Of a DNA stretch of 64,000 nt, positions 10,968 through 21,171 are shown piece after piece. The notes under the pieces are model-generated. The model did not search any database, was not told the DNA's origin, and saw only the letters and a program-made list of their open reading frames with translations. Made by a program: the position numbers and the translations under genes. Source of the stretch: an uncultured Chloroflexia bacterium (GTDB lineage: Bacteria > Chloroflexota > Limnocylindria > Limnocylindrales > CSP1-4); assembly GCA_963768675.1 (NCBI GenBank), contig CAVYIV010000015.1, positions 156,345 to 220,344 of the forward strand. Direction: 5' to 3'. Position 1 is the stretch's first letter, and the number at the start of each line of letters is the position of its first letter.

Positions 10968-11171
10968 CGGTGATCTCCCTCCGCCTGCGCTTGCGACCGG
11001 AACGTCTGGGCCGGCCTCACAGACGGCCCAGGATGAACCTGGTGAGCGTCTTCGTATGGTCCATGCTGCCGGAGCTCACCTCGAGGATCCGGACCCGGAT
11101 CACCCGGGCTCCCAATCCGTGCCGCCGTCGGCCGCGAACCACGGTCGACTGCATCCCGCACCCGGCGCTCA

Positions 11172-11574
11172 TCGTGAAACTCAACGGCGACCCTCTCGCC
11201 CTGCTGCGCAGGCCGAGCACCGGCTACCTTGCTACCTCGATGGCCGATGGTTTGCCCCAGGTGACCCAGAGCCTGGGTCGATACGGACGGCGAGCATGTC
11301 ATCATCAATACGGTCCAGTCCCACCTCAAGGTCAGGAACATCGAGCGCGACCCTCGCGTGGCTGTCGCGATCTCGAGCCCGGAGGTCGCTGCCCGCTACT
11401 ATCAGGTTCGCGGTCGGATGGTGAGCACGACGACCGACGGCGGCGGCGAACACATCGAGATGCTCTCCATGAAGTAAACCGGCAGGCCCTATCCCTGGTA
11501 TGGGGGCGGGACCAGGTGCGGGTGATCCTGACGATAGAGCCGGAACACGTGAGCGGCATCAGGTAGAGCGCGGC
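11172..11574 (+). pseudogene. PPOX-class F420-dependent enzyme (pyridoxamine 5'-phosphate oxidase fold), three lesions
   Basis: Pieces in three frames: ...LLRRPSTGYLATSMADGLPQVT | (+1 shift) WVDTDGEHVIINTVQSHLKVRNIERDPRVAVAI...YYQVRGRMVSTTTDGGGEHIEMLSMK-TAA(in-frame stop at ~11476)-TGRPYPWYGG | (shift in a G-run) RDQVRVILTIEPEHVSGIR. Confidence 0.5.
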
Positions 11575-11736
11575 GGTTCGGGCCGAGGAACCGTGGCCGC
11601 GTTGGCCAGCGCTCGTCGACGCGTACAGCCGGGACGTTCAGGCCGGCGGCTGGATCACCGGGAGCGCGCTAGGCTGTGGCAGCGGAGTGGCCGGACCGAG
11701 CCCACCCGCCGCGCCGGGCCCGCGAAGAGGAGATCC

Positions 11737-12543
11737 ATGACCACGGAGACGATCCACGAGGAGGTCCGCGCCCGGTATGCGGCCGCGGCGCTCCAGGCAA
11801 GCGCCGGCGGCTGCTGCTCGGGCGAGCCCAAGCCGATCGGCCTGGCGCTCTACTCCGCGCTCGAGCGGGCGGAACTGCCCGAGGCGGCGGTCCTCGCTTC
11901 GCTCGGCTGCGGCAACCCGATCGCCGTGGCGGAGCTGCGCGAGGGCGAGCGCGTGCTTGACCTCGGCTCGGGTGGGGGGATCGACGTGCTCCTGTCCGCC
12001 AAGCGGGTGGGACCCACCGGGCGCGCCATCGGCCTCGACATGACCGACGAGATGCTGGCCCTGGCCCAGCGCAATGTCGCCGCGGCCGGGGCAACGAACG
12101 TGGAGTTCGTGCGCGGCCACATCGAGGAGATCCCGCTCCCCGCCGAGTCCGTCGACGTGGTCATCAGCAACTGCGTCATCAACCTCGCCGCCGACAAGCC
12201 CGCGGTGTTCCGGGAGATCGCGCGCGTGCTGCGGCCCGGCGGACGGATGGGCGTGACCGACATCGTCGCCGAGGACCGGCTCACCGCCGAGGAGCGTGCC
12301 GCGCGCGGCTCCTACGCCGGCTGCATCGCGGGTGCGCTCTCCTTCTCGGAGTTCCGGGCGGGGCTCGAGGCGGTCGGTCTCAGCGACATCTCCGTCACGC
12401 CGATGCATGCCGTCGCCGACGGGATGGTTAGCGCCATCGTGAAGGCGACCAAGCCAGCCGACGCGAAGCCGATGATCGACCTCAAGCTGCCCGAGCTGCC
12501 GGTCGTCAGCAGCGGCTGCTGCGGGGGAGAGGGCTGCTGCTGA
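11737..12543 (+). CDS. arsM: arsenite S-adenosylmethionine methyltransferase
   Basis: Carries the SAM-MTase motif [12 protein letters not shown], an N-terminal CCSGEP Cys pair and a C-terminal [11 protein letters not shown], which is typical of ArsM/AS3MT. A GAGGAG RBS precedes the start. Confidence 0.85.
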   Translation: MTTETIHEEVRARYAAAALQASAGGCCSGEPKPIGLALYSALERAELPEAAVLASLGCGNPIAVAELREGERVLDLGSGGGIDVLLSAKRVGPTGRAIGLDMTDEMLALAQRNVAAAGATNVEFVRGHIEEIPLPAESVDVVISNCVINLAADKPAVFREIARVLRPGGRMGVTDIVAEDRLTAEERAARGSYAGCIAGALSFSEFRAGLEAVGLSDISVTPMHAVADGMVSAIVKATKPADAKPMIDLKLPELPVVSSGCCGGEGCC

Positions 12544-12974
12544 TGCGGATCGAGCGGGCGGAGCCGTTTGACGTCCCGGCCGTCGAGGCGCTCCTGACGA
12601 TGGCCGGGCTCCCGCTGGCGGGCGCAGCGGAGGCGCTCGAGACGGGCGTGGTCGCTCGCGACGGCGAGGCTGTCGTCGGTGCCGCATCTGTCGAGCGATA
12701 CGGCTCGGCCGGGCTCCTGCGGTCGGTCATCGTCGCGCCGGATCGACGGGGCGCAGGCCTCGGCCGCGACCTCGTGGCGGCTGCCGAAGAACTCGCCCGG
12801 GGCGAGGGCATCCGCGAGATCTACCTGCTCACCGAGACCGCGATTGGCTGGTTCCCGCGCCTGGGCTACGCGGCCGTGCCGCGCGGCGAGGCAGCGGCGG
12901 TCGTTGGCCGCTCGATCGAGTTCACCACGGCCTGCGCAGAGACAGCCGTCGCGATGCGCCGAGCGCTCGCCTGA
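12543..12974 (+). CDS. arsN2: GNAT N-acetyltransferase, arsenic-resistance ArsN2-like
   Basis: 143-aa GNAT protein (RRGAGLGRDLV...) whose start overlaps the arsM stop (ATGA). The ArsN2 family is commonly found in ars operons. Confidence 0.65.
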   Translation: MRIERAEPFDVPAVEALLTMAGLPLAGAAEALETGVVARDGEAVVGAASVERYGSAGLLRSVIVAPDRRGAGLGRDLVAAAEELARGEGIREIYLLTETAIGWFPRLGYAAVPRGEAAAVVGRSIEFTTACAETAVAMRRALA

Positions 12975-13002
12975 CGGGTCCGGCCGGCACGGGGTATCGG
13001 CA

Positions 13003-13454
13003 TCAGCGCGAAGCGAGCTCCCGCCGCGCGCGACGGGCAAGCTCGACGAACGGTCGAATGCGCATTGTGAGCTGCACCTGGGTCGCCCGGAAGGCCGCGA
13101 GCTTCTCTTCGTCGGACCCTCCAACTCGGCCGGGTCGTCGAGGCCCCAGTGGAGCGCGTTGTGCTCGCCCGGGAACACGGGGCAGGCCTGGCGGGCCCGG
13201 TCGCAGACGGTGATGACGTAGTCCCACGGCTGGTCTAGGAACTCCGCGACGGACTTCCCCCGCGCCAGGGACCAGTCGATCCCGACTCGGCGAGGACTCG
13301 CACGGTGTACGGGTTGACACCTTTCGGATCGGTGCCTGCGGAGTGGACCTCGAACTCCGGCCCGCCGATATGCCCGCAGGAGCGCCTCGGCGATCTGGCT
13401 GCGGGCAGAGTTGCCGGTGCACACGAAGAGGACGCGGATCGGTCTGCTCGGCAT
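13003..13454 (-). pseudogene. arsC: arsenate reductase, LMW-PTP/thioredoxin-coupled type, with three single-nt frameshifts
   Basis: CTGNSARSQIAEALL is the P-loop. GGPEFEVHSAGTDPKGVNPYTVRVLAESG lies in the ORF 13235..13582 frame. IDWSLARGKSVAEFLDQPWDYVITVCD...HWGLDDP lies in the ORF 12312..13832 frame. The C-terminal GSDEEKLAAFRATQVQLTMRIRPFVELAR lies in the ORF 13003..13422 frame. Indels fall in short G/C runs. Confidence 0.6.
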
Positions 13455-13832
13455 CGAGGTGGCCTCCATGGGGCGATGGGCTCGGCCGGCGGCGCGAACG
13501 GTCTGATCGAGATCACCCAGTTCAGCGTCGAGCCGCTCGAGTTCGACGCGATGGCGTTCGATGGCTGCCCGCTGCTCGGCAATCAGCGGCGCGAGGTCGG
13601 CGTCGATGTCGCCCCGTTCGAGACACAGCCGGGCAAGCCGTCCGGCATCCAGCGGCCTGAGTCCGAGCCGTCGGAGCGCGACCACGAGCCGCAGCCGGGC
13701 GAGGTCATCCGGGCCATAGGACCGATACCCATTCGGCTGCCGGGTTGCCGATGGGAGGACGCCGGTCTCCTCGTAGAAGCGGACAGCCGAGGCCGTCACG
13801 CTCGCCTGCTTCGCCAGCTCCGCCACGTTCAT
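13455..13832 (-). CDS. MerR-family HTH transcriptional regulator; reads in-frame into the downstream arsC
   Basis: The N-terminus MNVAELAKQASVTASAVRFYEETGVLP...GYRSYGPDDLARLRLVVALRRLGL is a MerR DNA-binding domain followed by a coiled coil. No stop codon occurs before the arsC start at 13454. Confidence 0.6.
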
Positions 13833-13838
13833 GCTTTG

Positions 13839-13869
13839 AGACTACACCTTCAAGTCAGTTTAAGGTCAA
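13839..13869 (-). promoter_or_regulatory. MerR-type promoter: -35 TTGACC, 19-nt spacer with dyad ACCTT-N9-AAGGT, -10 TAGTCT; the transcript is essentially leaderless
   Basis: Read on the minus strand the sequence is TTGACCttaaactgacttgaaggtgTAGTCTcaaagcATG. The overlong 19-bp spacer and the inverted repeat between the hexamers are the hallmark of MerR-family-regulated promoters. The ATG lies about 7 nt after the -10. Confidence 0.45.
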
Positions 13870-14012
13870 GCCAGCGCCTTGGCGTGGATCCTGCCGGGGA
13901 CAGGACTCGGGCCCGGGGGCATACTCCGCCGATCCGGGGGGCCGCGGACCGCCATGGCCAGGCCGAACCACCGGAAATGCGCATCTGGCGCGAGAGGGGG
14001 GTGGCCGTGAAC

Positions 14013-14674
14013 ATGGAACTTGTCGACCAGGTGTTGCACACCGCGGCGGCCGTGCTTGCGAGCGGGGCGATCTCAGGGAACGGGCACGGCAACGTCAGCC
14101 TGCGCGTTCCGGGCGCGGAGGAGATGTACTTCACCTCCGCCTCGTCCCTGAACGGGCTGGGGCCGGACGGCATCGCCCGCGTCGCGCTCGACGGGACGCT
14201 GCTGGAGGGCACCCTGCCTCCATCCAGGGCGCGGTCGTGGCGATGCACACGGCGATGTACCAGGATCGGCCCGACGTCGGCTGCGTGATCCACACGCACT
14301 CGCCGTTCGCGACCGCGTTCGCCGTGGCCAACCGCCCGATCGACTGCTGGATCGAGGCCCTCGCGATGTTCGGGCTGGCCGACGGCGTGCCGGTCGCGGC
14401 CTACGGGCCGCGCGGATCCGAGCAGGCCGTGGGCAACATCCGCGCGGCGGTGCGACCGGGAGTTCCGGCCGTCCTGCTCGCCAACCACGGCGTGCTCGTG
14501 TTCCACCGCACCCCGGACCTGGCCGTCCTCGTCGGCGGGGTGGTCGAGGAGGCCGCCCAGGCGGCGATCAACGCGCTCGCGCTGGGCGGTCCGGTCGAGA
14601 TCGCCGCCGACCTCCGCGCCGCGGCGCTGCAGCGGGCGATGACGTTCGAGACTGCCGGCACGAAGACCGCCTGA
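14013..14674 (+). pseudogene. class II aldolase/adducin-domain protein (FucA / MtnB-like) with one frameshift at ~14225
   Basis: The N-terminal piece NGHGNVSLRVPG...MYFTSASS...LDGTLLEGTLPPS lies in frame 0. The remainder IQGAVVAMHTAMYQDRPDVGCVIHTHSPFATAFA...ANHGVLVFHRT lies in the ORF 13745..14674 frame. Confidence 0.6.
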
Positions 14675-14728
14675 CACGGGCCCGTCGAGGGCGCGGAGGG
14701 CACACCGGGCGTGCCCCGGGGTGCCCGC

Positions 14729-15865
14729 TCAGGCGAGGGCGACTCCTGGTTCCGCCGATGCCTCGACGCGCCCGACGCACCAGGAGGCCACACCGGCGGC
14801 GGAGAACGCCTGCTCGACGGAGGCAACGCGGTCGGGCGCGATCGCGGCCAGCAGCCCGCCGCTCGTCTGCGGGTCGTGGGCCAGCGCGACGCGTGCCCCA
14901 TCGACGCCGGGCGCGACCACCAGGGCGGGCCCACGAACCGGCGGTTGTGGCCGGCACCGTCCGTCTCCAGGCCGGCGGCCGCCAGCGTGAGCGCGCCCGG
15001 CAGCGCCGGCAGTGCCGCCGCCTCGAAGACGAGCCGCGTCCCCGACGCGCGTGCCATCTCCAGCCCGTGCCCAAGGAGCCCGAAGCCGGTGACGTCCGTG
15101 GCGCCGCGAGTCCTGTGGGCGACGAGCACGTCGGCCGCAGCACGGTTCAGCGTGCGCATCGAGGCGATGGCAGCAGCTAGGTCGTCGGGTGCGGTCCGGC
15201 CCTGACGGGCACCCGAGACGAGCATCCCCGTTCCCAACGCCTTGGTGAGCAGAAGCACGTCGCCGGGCCGCGCGCCACCCTTGCGCGAGAAGTCGGTCCG
15301 GGTGCACGAGCCCGATGACGGCCAGCCCGAACTTCGGCTCGGGATCCCGGATCGTGTGGCCGCCGGCGAGCATCCCGCCGGCCTCGCGCACGACCCCCGC
15401 GGCGCCCTCGACGATGGCGGCCATCGCCGCCGGGTCCAGTGCCTCGGGGAACGCCGCCACCGAGAGCGCGAAGAGCACGCGCCCGCCCATCGCGAAGACG
15501 TCCGAGCAGGCGTTGGCGGCGGCGATCGCCCCGTAGGTCCGGGCGTCGTCCACGAGCGGAGGGAAGAAGTCGACCGTCCCGATGACGGCGAGCTCGTCGG
15601 TGAGCCGGTACACGGCCGCGTCATCGGGCGGATCCAGGCCGGCGATCAGGTCGACCGGCGCCGCGCCCGAGATCGCGCCGAGCCCGGCGAGCACGCCGGC
15701 CAGCACGTCGGCGCCGAGCTTCGCGGCGCAGCCCCCGCAATCGGTCAGGTCGGTCAGGCGCAGGCGCGGAGGGGCGAACCCGGAAGCCGCTGCGAGGGGC
15801 GCCCCGCACTCGATGCACAGCGGGCGGGTCGCATCGTTGTCGGCGCCGCAGCTTGCACAGATCAC
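14729..15865 (-). pseudogene. selD: selenide, water dikinase (selenophosphate synthetase) with two frameshifts
   Basis: The N-terminus has a Zn-ribbon and LTDLTDCGGCAAKLG (the GCGCK-type loop). The middle GDVLLLTKALGTGMLVSGA...ATDVTGFGLLGHGLEMARASG lies in the ORF 14401..15624 frame. The C-terminal TSGGLLAAIAPDRVASV is back in the ORF 14729..15865 frame. Confidence 0.7.
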
Positions 15866-16687
15866 CGGAGACTCCCCATCGCAGGCCAGGTGCCGAACAG
15901 TAGATCACGGAGTGCGGGACGTCGGCAGCTGCGGCGTCGCTGACGGCGGTGCCGCCCGCGACTGCGCCGCCGGTGATGGCTCAGGGGAGGGTGATCGCGC
16001 GGTCGACCCTGGAGTGCGAGGCGAGGATCGCGGCGAGCTCGGCCGCGAGGCCCGCCATGCGCCGGTTTCGGGCTCGTCGCCACCATCACGACCCGTGCCC
16101 CTGCCGGGATACCCTTGAGCCCGCCATCCGGGTGGAGCAGCACGCCCGCCGCGCCTCGGATCGTCAGGAGGTCGTCGGGATGCGCGTCCGATGAGACCCG
16201 CCAGGCGTTCGGGCCGGTGGGCAGACCGCGGAGATCGGCCCGCCGATGGCGGCCATGGAGGCGACCACGACGACCGTCGTGGAGGCGCTCGGGATGACCG
16301 GCTCGTGGTCGGCCGGAGCCTTGATCGCCATCCGGTGGGCACCGTCGGCTTCGACGATCACGTATGCAGCGCTCGTCTCGGCGAAGAGGCGGTCGATCGC
16401 CTCCGGCGGCGGGCCGCCGAGCTTGCCCTGCCCACGATCCACGGCGACGAACAGCGGGAGTCCGGGCACAAGGCCGCCTCGACGACGGCCGGCTCGGCGG
16501 ACCAGCAGATCGGTTTGCCCGGCTGGTCGGCTCCCACCCTGGTGGTCGTCGTGAGGATGACCCGGGCGCCGGCCGCAGCGAGGTCGCGGCCGAGGGTGAA
16601 CAGGATGGTCGACTTGCCACCGGCGCCGACGATCGACACCAGCTCGCGTTCGCCGAGCCCGAGCCGTTCCGCCAGGGAGAGGGTCAT
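15862..16687 (-). pseudogene. yqeC: selenium-dependent molybdenum hydroxylase system accessory protein YqeC, with two frameshifts
   Basis: ELVSIVGAGGKSTILFTLGRDLAAAGARVILTTTTRV lies in the ORF 16358..16687 frame. VPLFVAVDRGQGKLGGPPPEAIDRLFAETSAAYVIVEADGAHRMAIKAPADHEPVIP lies in the ORF 16164..16469 frame. The C-terminal GVLLHPDGGLKGIPAGARVVMV lies in the ORF 15862..16620 frame. Its stop overlaps the selD start (ATGA). Confidence 0.65.
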
Positions 16688-17491
16688 CGGCTCCCGTCGT
16701 TCAGCCAGGCCAGGATCGCCTCGAGCACGCCGCCGCCGACGGCGAGCGCCTTGTCCGAGACGTGGGCGATGGCGTCACGCTCCGATCGGGGATCGACGTC
16801 GCCGATCTTGAGCCCCACGGTCACGCGACCGGGAGCGATCATCCCGCGGACAATCCCGCCGATCGTGGCCCGGACCGGGGAATCGCCGATCGCCCCCAGT
16901 GGCTGGCCGGCCGTGACGATCTCGCCGAAGCCAACGCTCCAGGTGAGGTCTCCGTCCGCGTGCGCACGGAGGACGCGCTCGGCCGAGGCGCCGCCGAGCT
17001 CGCCCGGAACGCCCGTGTTGGGGAACGCGGGCCCGTTCCAGATCACGCTCCCGAGGCGGTACCCGCGCATCGTCTCGACTACCGCGTGAGCAGTCCACCC
17101 CTGCGACGAAGCCGGGGCCGAGCCCGACGACGAACGGCGCCTGATCGAGGCGGGTGTCGAGCGCCTCCTTGGCGACCCGTGCGTCGACGAGCACGGACAA
17201 CGGCACCGGGAACTCCGGCACGTCCGCGGAGACCAGCACCGGCACGGCGCCGCGGCGTGCCGTCGCCACCGCCTCCTCCGGCGTTCCGACGAGGACGCCC
17301 TCGATCCCGTCGATCTCGACCCGGCCGTCCGAGACCGCCGAGGAGAACGCGACGGTCCGGCGGACCGTCAGTGGCCGCGCGAGGTCGAGGACGACAACGG
17401 GAAACCCCGCCCGTCGGAGGCGCCAGGCGACGCCGGACCCGATGTCCCCGCCGCCGCGGACGACGACGAGATGCCCGGAGAAGAGGCTCAC
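16684..17491 (-). pseudogene. yqeB: selenium-dependent molybdenum hydroxylase system protein YqeB, with one +1 insertion at ~17090
   Basis: HLVVVRGGGDIGSGVAWRLRRAGFPVVVLDLARPLTVRRTVAF...GLGPGFVAGVDC lies in the ORF 16775..17491 frame. Then (an extra T shifts the frame) HAVVETMRGYRLGSVIWNGPAFPNTGVPGE...GLKIGDVDPR...SDKALAVGGGVLEAIL lies in the ORF 16684..17070 frame. Confidence 0.7.
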
Positions 17492-18279
17492 GAGGGGGCG
17501 CGGCGGTTCGAGGCGATGACCTCGGACATGATCGACACCGCGAGCTCCTCGACGGTCTCCGCGCCGATCTGGAGCCCGATGGGATTATGGATGCGCTCCA
17601 GCGTCCCCGACGTGACATCGGACGCGGCGAGGGCCTGCCTGGTCGCCTCCCAGCGGCGCCTGCTTCCCATCACCCCGATGTAGCGGGCCGGGGTCTCGAG
17701 CAGGAGCGGCACGATCTCGGCGTCGATGTCGTAGCTCCGCGTGACCGCGACCACCGAGGTGTCCTCCGTGATCGGGAATGCCGCCAGGGCCGCGGCGACG
17801 CTGCCGCCGAAACGGACGTCGGCGAGCGGCATCGCCTCGGCCGTGACCAGCTCGGTCCGCTCGTCGACCGCGACCGTGCGGTAGCCCAGCCAGTGGGCGA
17901 GGTCCACGACGGCCTTGCCGACGTGGCCCGCTCCGATGACGTACACCGTGTGCGGACTCATGTAGGGCTCAAGGTAGACGGTCATGGTGCCGCCGCACAC
18001 GCCCGGATCGCCGCGCTCGGGGTCCTGCAGCTGGTAGCTCCGGAGCGCCGTTTCGTTGCTCTGCATCGCCTCGAGCGCGTCGAGCCGGATCGCGTCCTCG
18101 ACCTTGCCTCCGCCGATCGTCCCGACGGTGGACCCATCGGCGTGGACGACCATCTTCGTCCCCGCATGGCGAGGCACGGAACCCTGCGTGGCAACGATGG
18201 TGGCGAGCACGACGCGCTGCCCGCCGCTGAGCGCCTCCGAGAGCTCCGCGAGGATGCGCTCGGGCCGGGTGACGCTCAC
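17488..18279 (-). CDS. xdhC: XdhC/CoxI-family molybdenum cofactor insertion chaperone
   Basis: Has the XdhC N-terminal domain (VVLATIVATQGSVPRHAGTKMVVHADGSTVGTIGGG) and a Rossmann-like C-terminal domain (TVYVIGAGHVGKAV). The GTG start overlaps the upstream TGA (GTGA). Confidence 0.75.
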   Translation of the reverse strand: MSVTRPERILAELSEALSGGQRVVLATIVATQGSVPRHAGTKMVVHADGSTVGTIGGGKVEDAIRLDALEAMQSNETALRSYQLQDPERGDPGVCGGTMTVYLEPYMSPHTVYVIGAGHVGKAVVDLAHWLGYRTVAVDERTELVTAEAMPLADVRFGGSVAAALAAFPITEDTSVVAVTRSYDIDAEIVPLLLETPARYIGVMGSRRRWEATRQALAASDVTSGTLERIHNPIGLQIGAETVEELAVSIMSEVIASNRRAPS

Positions 18280-21171
18280 GACGCCTGAAGCGCCCGCCAG
18301 ACCCGTTCCGGCGTGAACGGGATGTTGTTGATCCGGGCCCCGGTTGCGTACGCGATGGCGTTCCGGATGGCGGGCGCCGCGCCGTCCAGCGGGATCTCCG
18401 CGATCGCCTTGGCACCGAACGGCCCGCTGGTCTCCATGGTCTGCACCAGGATGGCTTCCAGCCGCGGCATCTCGTCGGCCCGGTAGATCTTGTACGGCCC
18501 GAACGCGGCGTTGACCATCCGCCCGTCGACGTCGTACGCCATCTCCTCGCAATGGGCGTAGCCGAGGGCCTGGACCATGCCGCCTTCGACCTGACCGGAC
18601 GCGGTGACCGGGTTGATCGGCACGCCGCAATCGACAGCCATGACGAGCTGTTGGACCGTGACCTGGCCGGTTTCGATGTCCACCTCGACCTCGGCGAACT
18701 GCGCCGCGTATGGTGGCGGCGATGCCGGCGACACGTACGAGGCGGTCGCCATGATCTGGTGCTGGCCCTGCTGGTGGAGGGACGACAGGGCGATCTCCCC
18801 AAGGGTCACCGACCGGCCGTCCGCCGACCAGGCGGCCCGGTCGTGGAGCTCGACCGAGGCGTTATCGACGCCGAGCAGGAGCGCGGCGCGGTCGATGATC
18901 TGGCCGCGGACCTGCTCCGCTGCGCGCTTGACGGCGGTTCCCGAGATGTAGGTCGTGCTCGAGGCGTAGGCCCCGGTGTCGAAGGGCGTGAGGTCGGTGT
19001 CGGACGAGTAGACGACGATGTCCTCGGTGCCCACGCCGACCACCTCTGCCGCGATCTGCGCGAGCACGGTGTCCGAGCCCGTCCCGAGGTCCGTCGCGCC
19101 AACGAGGAGGTTGAACGAGCCGTCGTCGTTGATCTTGAGGCTGGCGCCACCCATGTCGAGGCCGGGAATCGCGGTGCCGTGCATCGCCATCGCAAATCCG
19201 AGCCCGCGCCGGACGTGGGGCCGGTCAGCCGGCTGCCTCCAGGCAGGGTCGTCACGCCGCTGCCAGCCGATCGCCCGCTTGCCTTGGAGCACGGCCTCCT
19301 CGAGGCCGCTCGACATGATGATCGGCACGCTGCCCGCGCCCGGGTCGCCCTCGCCGAGCTGGGGCGCGATGTCGATCGGGTCGCCGACCTTCGTCCAGTT
19401 GCGTCGACGGAACTCGATCGGGTCCATCCCGATGGCTGCCGCGATGTCCTCCATGTGGGCCTCGAGCGCGAACAGCGCCTGCGGGGCGCCGTAGCCGCGG
19501 TAGGCGCCCGGCACGGGGATGTTCGTGTACGCGACTTGCAGTCGAAGCGCTTGAGCGGGCTGTTGTACGAGCTGAGGCCGCGCATGCCCGACACCATCTG
19601 GACGGTCAGCCCGTGGGTCCCGTAGGCGCCGGTGTTCGCGACGATCCGCATCTCCTGCGCCGTGAGCTTCGCGTCCGCGTCGACGCCGGTCCGGAAGGTG
19701 ATCGTCTGGGGATGCCGGGTCCGGGAGCGAGATGAACTCCTCCTCCCGTGTCAGCTCGAGCCGGACGGGACGGCCGGTCGCGATCGTGAGGTGGGCGACG
19801 ATGTCCTCGATGAGCATTTCCTGCTTCGCCCCGAAGCCGCCGCCGATCCGCGGCTTGATGACCCGGATCTGGCGCACCGGGAAGCCCGAGGAGCGGCGCA
19901 ATCATGCGCCGGACGTGGAACGGGACCTGCGTCGATGACGTAATCTCCAGTCGGTCGTCGCTGTCCCAGCGCGCGATCGCGATGTGCGTCTCGATCGGCG
20001 TCTGCTGCACCTGGTGCACGCGGAAGGTCTGCTCGAAGACGCGCTCGGCCGCGGCGAACCCCTTCTCCACGTCGCCGGTCTCGGCCTGGATGTGGTGGAC
20101 GATGTTGTGGCCCGCGTCGTGGGCGCCGTCGAGGTCGGGCTCGTCGTGGATCACCGGGGCGCCGTCGAGGATCGCCTCGTTCTCGTCGAAGACCGCGGGG
20201 AGTACCTCGTAGGTCACCTTGATCAGGTCGAGCGCCGCGAGCGCGATCTCCTCGGTGTCGGCCGCGACGGCCGCGACCCGGTCGCCGACGTAGCGCACCT
20301 TGTCGTCGAAGCTCACCTGGTCGTAGGGCCTAGGGTTCGGGTAGCTCTGGCCGCCCGACGCGTAGCGCACCCTCCGCACGTTCCCATGGTGGAGCACGGC
20401 GTGGACACCGGGGAGCACCCTTGCTGCGGTGTCGTCGATCGACACGATGCGGGCATGGGCGTACGGGCTGTAGAGGACTTTGGCGATCAGCGTCCCCGTG
20501 AGGTCCCGGTCGTCCGTGAACGCGGGGTTTCCCTTGGCCAGCTTCACCGCGTCGGTCTTCGTCTCGGCATGGCCCACGACGCGCGTGGCGGGCACGTCCT
20601 CGCTGAGGACGACCCGTGGCGAGATCGGTCCGAGCCCGTCTCGATCGTGGTGCGGCGCGTCCGATCCCGTGAGCCGGTCGAGATGCGCCACCTCGACGTT
20701 GTCGGGGGCCTCCCCGCGTATGATCGCGGCCGCCCGCAGGACCGCGTGCACCGGGCGCAGGTAGCCGGTTTCCCGGTCGAGGATCCCCGAGAGCGCAGAC
20801 CTGACGTCGGCTTCCGTCGGCGTGGGGTTCTTCTCGATCAGCGCCTTCGCCGCGAGGATCATCGCGGGAGTCGAGTAGCCGGACTGGATCGCGCCGGTGT
20901 CGATGAAGGCCTGTTGGATCGGGTGCATCCCCCCGGGGACGGCGAGACCTTCGACCGTCTCGATCTCGTGCCCCTCGGCCTGGGCAGCCAACATCACGTC
21001 CCCGGACACCAGCCGGCCGTCGACGAGCACCGCCGCCGCGCCGGTCTCGCCCGTGCCGGAGCCATACCGCACGCTGTGGAAGCCGGCGCGCCTCAGCACC
21101 GCCCGCAGCGACTCGTGCGGCTCGCAGGTCAGCGTTCGGCGTGCCCCGTTGATGTTGAGCGTGATCGTCAC
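18276..21171 (-). pseudogene. xanthine dehydrogenase-family molybdopterin enzyme: fused cysteine-less [2Fe-2S]-like domain plus Mo-binding large subunit, with one frameshift at ~19880
   Basis: The GTG at 21171 overlaps the stop of the FAD-subunit gene, and a GGAGGGGG RBS precedes it. The first ~155 aa have the 2Fe-2S-subunit fold (ITLNINGARRTLTCEPHESLRAVLRR...ETVEGL...NPTPTEADVRSALSGIL), but every Cys ligand is substituted: RYGSGTGETGAAAV, AIQSGYSTP and ILDRETGY. Then come Mo-subunit blocks (LYSPYAHARIVSID, RIGGGFGAKQ). The frame switches from ORF 19606..21909 to ORF 18276..19901. Confidence 0.65.

Noticed and set aside
11638-12687. 349-aa ORF antisense to arsM/arsN2, and the 506-aa ORF 12312..13832 beyond the arsC region
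   Set aside because: Open frames lacking stops because of GC richness. Only the MerR and ArsC segments have homology.
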